A stretch of 64,000 bases of DNA, taken from assembly GCA_047601445.1 (NCBI GenBank), contig JASGJH010000001.1, positions 3,680,001-3,744,000 of the forward strand. Reading direction: 5' to 3'. Position numbers and translations under genes: made by a program. Positions 59,913 to 64,000 of this stretch are shown one piece after another (the first letter of the stretch is position 1; each line of letters starts with the position of its first letter). Under the pieces are notes generated by a model. That model had not been told where the DNA came from. It was given only the letters and a program-made list of their open reading frames with translations, and did not search any database. Source of the stretch: Myxococcales bacterium. Its GTDB lineage: Bacteria > Myxococcota_A > Polyangia > Polyangiales > DASUME01.

Positions 59913-61037
59913 CTAGCCCGCGAAGTACCAGGAGCTGAAGAATACCGTGTGCAGCGCGAGGGAGACGCTGGTCGCGTAGATCACGAAGCGCTCCACCTGC
60001 GGATTTCGGGTGGCGTAGGTGAGCATCAAGTAGAGGGCGATCACGCTGGCCGAATAGCGCTCGATGGACGTGACTCGTCCGGAGCACAGCGGAACCAACA
60101 CGGAGAGCAGAGCGAACACGCTGTGCGCCAGGTCGAGCCGGTGCAGCGAGGCGGCCACCACCGCGAACATCACGATGACCGCGGTGTAGTCGAAGGTCAC
60201 TTGCACGCCGTGATCGAAGTTCCAACGACGCAGGTCCACCACCAGCGTCCAGAGCGGAAACATCGACTTGCGCCCCCAGAACTCCTGCACCTTGATGAAC
60301 GCCAGGGCATCGCCCACGGCCTGCTGCTGCATGAGCGCGACGGCGACCAACCCGAGTGGGATGATCAACAGGAAGAGCACGCGCGGTGAGAGTTCCCGCA
60401 AGCGATAGTGATGACGATGCAGGATGCCCACACCGAACGCCGGCACCAGCAGCACGCCGCTCAAGCGCGTGAACGCGGCCAGACAGCCGAACAGTGCCGC
60501 CGGCAGTAGCTGGTCACGCTCGTAGAAGTAGAAGGCCGCGCAGACCGCGAGGAAGAACGGAGCCTCGCTGTAGAAGGCGGAGAAGAAGAACGAGGCGGGG
60601 CACATGAGTACCCACAAGGGAACCCGGCGCGCCTCCTGCTCGTCGAAGTAATGGCGTGCGATCCCGTAGAGGAAGAACAGCGAGCCCACCAGGCACAGGT
60701 TCACGACGATGAGCCCTGCGACCCACACGTCACCCGTGAGGGGAGCAAACAGACGCGCCAGATACGGGAAGCCAGGAAAGAAGGCCACGTCGCTCTGGCC
60801 ACGCTCCAGGAAGTACCCCTGGGTGGCGATCTTCCAGTACCAGCCGGAGTCCCAGCGCGCGAAAGCGTCCCAGAACCGATGATCGGGGAAGGCCACGATG
60901 GCCTTGCGGCCACCCGTCTCCGGGATTCGCAAGCGCGTGGCGAACACCAGGGCAAACAACACGGCACGCCAGAGGACCACGGCCCCCACGAGATAGGCCG
61001 GCAAGCGCAGACGCGAAGGCAATCGCTCGAGCAACAC
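59913..61037 (-). CDS. GT-C membrane glycosyltransferase (PIG-V/mannosyltransferase family)
   Basis: RWDSGWY..IA..GY, AFFPG.P, P.SFFFSAFYSE, TR..G. Confidence 0.88.
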   Translation of the reverse strand: MLLERLPSRLRLPAYLVGAVVLWRAVLFALVFATRLRIPETGGRKAIVAFPDHRFWDAFARWDSGWYWKIATQGYFLERGQSDVAFFPGFPYLARLFAPLTGDVWVAGLIVVNLCLVGSLFFLYGIARHYFDEQEARRVPLWVLMCPASFFFSAFYSEAPFFLAVCAAFYFYERDQLLPAALFGCLAAFTRLSGVLLVPAFGVGILHRHHYRLRELSPRVLFLLIIPLGLVAVALMQQQAVGDALAFIKVQEFWGRKSMFPLWTLVVDLRRWNFDHGVQVTFDYTAVIVMFAVVAASLHRLDLAHSVFALLSVLVPLCSGRVTSIERYSASVIALYLMLTYATRNPQVERFVIYATSVSLALHTVFFSSWYFAG

Positions 61038-61040
61038 GGG

Positions 61041-61229
61041 TTACTGCAACTTCCTGAGCAGGCCGAGCACCAGGGTCAGCCAGGGGACGAGCGCCAGGCA
61101 CAGGCAAATCATCGTGGATCGACGCGTGCGCTGCGAGAACAGGGGACGCACCGGTAGATCGAGCGACACGGGCGATGCGCTGGCAGGTGCTGTCAGCGTG
61201 GGGTTGGCCGGGGGCTCGGTTCCAGTCAT
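61041..61229 (-). CDS. Possible small membrane protein
   Basis: 62 aa with a C-terminal hydrophobic helix; ends 3 nt before the GT-C start. Confidence 0.35.
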   Translation of the reverse strand: MTGTEPPANPTLTAPASASPVSLDLPVRPLFSQRTRRSTMICLCLALVPWLTLVLGLLRKLQ

Positions 61230-61424
61230 GGGGCGCAACTGTATCGGAAGGGCGATCACGCTGCCAGACACGCGCACGACTTCGCACGGGCAACCGAAGC
61301 AGCCGGCAACGGCCAGTCGCGACGCCACGTTGCGCGATTCACCCCGGTGTGTTGCGTGTGAGCCAGATCAGCATCTCGTCCGCGATCACGGCCAGCTTCG
61401 ACGCCGAAACCGGAAGCCGACGCG

Positions 61425-61444
61425 CGGCACGGCTTCTGCTCAAG
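61425..61444 (+). promoter_or_regulatory. Sigma-54 (-24/-12) type promoter for peptide D
   Basis: CGGCACG-GCTT-CTGCT(CAAG), 85 nt upstream of the ATG. Confidence 0.75.
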
Positions 61445-61529
61445 GGGGGTGTGTCAACTCGTGCGGCGGCGCGATCCGACTTGCCGCCGCAGATGACGTG
61501 ATCGGTCTACGACGAACAGGGGGAACACC

Positions 61530-61748
61530 ATGCAGAAGCAAGATCAATTCGAGTCCGTTTCAGAGCACGCGCTGGATGCAGTCGCGGGCGGTCTACTGGG
61601 CAGCCTACTGGGCACCCTGACGGGCAGCCTCGGCGGCCTGGGCGGTCTGGGCGGCCTCGATAACGTGGGCGGGCTCGGCGGCCTGGACAGTGGCTTGGGC
61701 GGCGACCTCGTCGGCCAGCTGCTCGGCGCGTTCCCGCTGCCGCTCTGA
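61530..61748 (+). CDS. Double-glycine-leader secreted peptide D (72 aa, Gly/Leu-rich core)
   Basis: MQKQDQFESVSEHALDAVAGG|LLGSLLGTLTGSLGGLGGLGGL...; AGGGGG RBS; leader aligns ungapped with peptides A-C. Confidence 0.85.
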   Translation: MQKQDQFESVSEHALDAVAGGLLGSLLGTLTGSLGGLGGLGGLDNVGGLGGLDSGLGGDLVGQLLGAFPLPL

Positions 61749-61769
61749 GCGAACCCAGCGACGTGCGCA

Positions 61770-61800
61770 GGCTCGAGGGGCGACCTCTGCTCCCCGAGCC
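61770..61800. terminator. Hairpin after peptide D, between convergent genes
   Basis: ggctcgaggggc...gctccccgagcc imperfect stem. Confidence 0.4.
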
Positions 61801-61917
61801 TGCGCGTGCTCTCTCTCGATTGGGCCCGCTGCGCCGAACGGCTGGCATGGCGCGCTTACGGAGCGCGAGCCCACGACGTGCCTCAGGCGATGACGCGGAG
61901 CGGCCGCCTCGCGCGCT

Positions 61918-62973
61918 TCACTCGCACAAGTGCGAGTTCTGGTTGCACTTGGGGCCGGCCTGTCCACCGTTCTGCTGAGGTGCATCGCCCAGGCAAAAGC
62001 CGACGGTACCGAGAACACAGCAGGGAGATCCGGCCTTGTCACCGCAGGCCGTACACATGCTGTTCGAGCAGACCTGGGGCGGGTTGAACTTGCACGGCAT
62101 GTTGCACTTGCCGCAGTTCTGGAATGACGTGCTGGTGTCGACGCACGAGTCGCCGCACATGGTGCCCGGCGCCGGACAGGAGCACTTTCCAGCGGTGCAC
62201 ACGCCGGCCGGACCGCAGCTGTGGCCGCATTGGCCGCAATGACGGGGATCGGTCTGCAGGTCGGCGCAGGCGTTCTGCCCGCACGCCATGGTGTTCGCCG
62301 GGCACGCGCACTTGCCGGCATTGCACACCTGGTCGCCCGCACACACCGCGTTGTCGTCGATCTTGCCATCGCAGTCGTCGTCCAAGTTGTTGCAGCGCTC
62401 GGTCTTGCCCGGGCCCACGCGCGGGTCCATGTCGTTACAGTCGCCGCCACCGCAGGCCGTGGGCGGCAGACCGTCGCGATCGACATCGAGCGGCGAGAAC
62501 GTGCACACCATATCCATGCTGCAGCGCTCGTTCGTGGTGCATTCGTCCTTATCGGTGCAGTCGGACGGCATGGTGCACGCCTTGCCCATGACGCAGCCCT
62601 GGGTGGGATGGCACGACGCGCCGTCGTCGCAGGCACCCGGGTTGAGCACGTGCGTACAGTCGCCGGCCAGATTGCAGCGATCGTTGGTGCACTCGTTCGT
62701 ATCCATGCAGGTCTGCTGACAGGCCTTCTGCGCGGCCGCGTCTTGACCAGGCAGGACACCTCCGTCGTCGAGCGGATTGTCCACCGAGCCGTCCTGCCCC
62801 TGGCCCGGCATGCTCAGCGAGCCGTCCATTTGGGACATCATCGAGTTGCCGCCATCGTCATCGGGCGTCGTCGAGGCGTCTCCCTTGGAACCGCCTTCTC
62901 CGCCTCCATCACAGGCTGCAAAACTCAACACGAGGATGCTCAGACCGTACGTTCGTAGCTTCTTTCCCACCAT
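61918..62973 (-). CDS. Myxobacterial Cys-rich lipoprotein (MopE-like DCND motif and MXAN_6577/Stig1-like repeats)
   Basis: FAAC lipobox; DCND.D..V.PG..E.CNN.DDDCDG.ID; C.DL..D..HCG.CG..C repeats. Confidence 0.85.
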   Translation of the reverse strand: MVGKKLRTYGLSILVLSFAACDGGGEGGSKGDASTTPDDDGGNSMMSQMDGSLSMPGQGQDGSVDNPLDDGGVLPGQDAAAQKACQQTCMDTNECTNDRCNLAGDCTHVLNPGACDDGASCHPTQGCVMGKACTMPSDCTDKDECTTNERCSMDMVCTFSPLDVDRDGLPPTACGGGDCNDMDPRVGPGKTERCNNLDDDCDGKIDDNAVCAGDQVCNAGKCACPANTMACGQNACADLQTDPRHCGQCGHSCGPAGVCTAGKCSCPAPGTMCGDSCVDTSTSFQNCGKCNMPCKFNPPQVCSNSMCTACGDKAGSPCCVLGTVGFCLGDAPQQNGGQAGPKCNQNSHLCE

Positions 62974-63122
62974 AAAAGCCCCCTACGCCTGCCCTTATGA
63001 CCGCACTGACACCCGTTCGTCACCAAAAAAGGCAACTGGAAAGACCTTCGATTCTCGAGAATTCACGCAGCTATGGCGCGAGCGTCTTGGAAGGAGCCGC
63101 ACGTCGAAGGCATGCTGATGAG

Positions 63123-63527
63123 ATGAGCGCTTCCACAATCATCGAATTAAGTAAGACGCCAGTTCACTTGGGCCTGGGTGCGATTGTGAGAATTCAGGAA
63201 CCTTTTACCGGCGACCTGGAATGGTACGAGCGCTACGGAAAACGGAACCAAAAAGATGGTGTGGAAGGCCGTCTGGTGAGTCTGCATTCTTTCAGTGAAC
63301 CCTGGGATACCTGGGAGATGCATCCCAAGGGCGAAGAGCTGGTGTTGTGTGTTGCCGGCCAAATCACGCTGCTCCAGGAGATCGCCGGAGAGGTGCGCCA
63401 ATGCACCCTCGGGCCCGGGCAAGCGGCGATCAACGAGGCCGGCGTGTGGCACACCGCCGACGTGAGCATGCCCGCGACCGCGCTCTTCATCACGGCCGGC
63501 GTCGGCACCGAGATTCGCCCCAGATGA
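63123..63527 (+). CDS. Cupin domain protein
   Basis: WEMHPKGEE, GVWHTA. Confidence 0.88.
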   Translation: MSASTIIELSKTPVHLGLGAIVRIQEPFTGDLEWYERYGKRNQKDGVEGRLVSLHSFSEPWDTWEMHPKGEELVLCVAGQITLLQEIAGEVRQCTLGPGQAAINEAGVWHTADVSMPATALFITAGVGTEIRPR

Positions 63528-63876
63528 AGCGAGTAGTCGCGCTCGGCTGAGCAGGCCAGCACTCACGTGGAGCAGGCTGGTTCGGCGCAGCGATTCCCGC
63601 TCGGGAACGCGATGCTCTCGCCGCGCCGCCTCACGCGGCGAGAGCATCGGCCCCCACCGATGCGAGTCGAGCTGGCTCGTGACGCCAACCGGACGCAGCT
63701 CAAGCTATCAAACGATCGCCAGGCGCCATTGTTCGGCCGACACTCAATCGTGTACACATGCGTCCAGCGCGCGAGCGCGACGAGCGTCGTGGGCACGCGC
63801 GGTCAATGCAACGAGCACGAATGAAACAGCGCGCTTGGCCGTAGTCAACGCGGTGCCGACGTGGCAGCCTCTCCTT

Positions 63877-63999
63877 ATGCCAGATTTCAGCCTCTTTGGT
63901 GCCGAACACGTCCGACAATACGAAGCCACCGGCGGCAAGGTCGGCCACGACTGGAACGGCGCAACATGCCTCGTGCTGCGCACCCTCGGCCGCAAATCA
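63877..63999 (+). CDS. F420H2-dependent Ddn/DUF385-family oxidoreductase, N-terminus (truncated by the window end)
   Basis: Hand translation: MPDFSLFGAEHVRQYEATGGKVGHDWNGATCLVLRTLGRKS(G); L.L.T.GRKSG motif. Confidence 0.75.
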   Translation, partial: MPDFSLFGAEHVRQYEATGGKVGHDWNGATCLVLRTLGRKS

Positions 64000-64000
64000 G

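Noticed and set aside
59913..61037. GT-C glycosyltransferase as modifier of peptide D
   Set aside because: Only divergent adjacency; the family is widespread in envelope glycosylation.

Overview
64 kb of high-GC bacterial DNA. Gene content (many lipoproteins with Gly-Asp/DAG linkers, Cys-rich surface proteins, a CglC-like protein, sigma-54-type promoters) suggests a myxobacterium, probably Polyangia-like; this is inference. It is mostly a dense accessory and metabolic region of about 60 CDS: hydrolases, MFS transporters, AraC/TetR regulators, repair genes (YcaQ-like, ATL, XthA), an orphan clpP and an L,D-transpeptidase. I saw no rRNA, tRNA, CRISPR array or transposase. The main discovery is a dispersed small-secreted-peptide system. 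Three tandem genes (30592-31417, minus) encode 21-aa double-glycine leaders and a conserved Asn-rich 40-aa core. A fourth gene 30 kb away (61530-61748, plus) has the same leader but a Gly/Leu-repeat core. Both loci sit behind a near-identical sigma-54-type promoter (CGGCACG-N4-CTGCTCAAG, 18/20 nt identical). The trio is followed by an uncharacterised His-motif membrane protein, and no C39 exporter or known RiPP maturase is in the window. Other notable items are a Tmk-like/DUF4956/porin/CotH operon, a palindromic MITE-like element, a REP-like repeat family, a frameshifted solute-binding protein and a partial F420-dependent Ddn-family gene missed by the ORF track. Family assignments come from motif recognition only; no searches were run.
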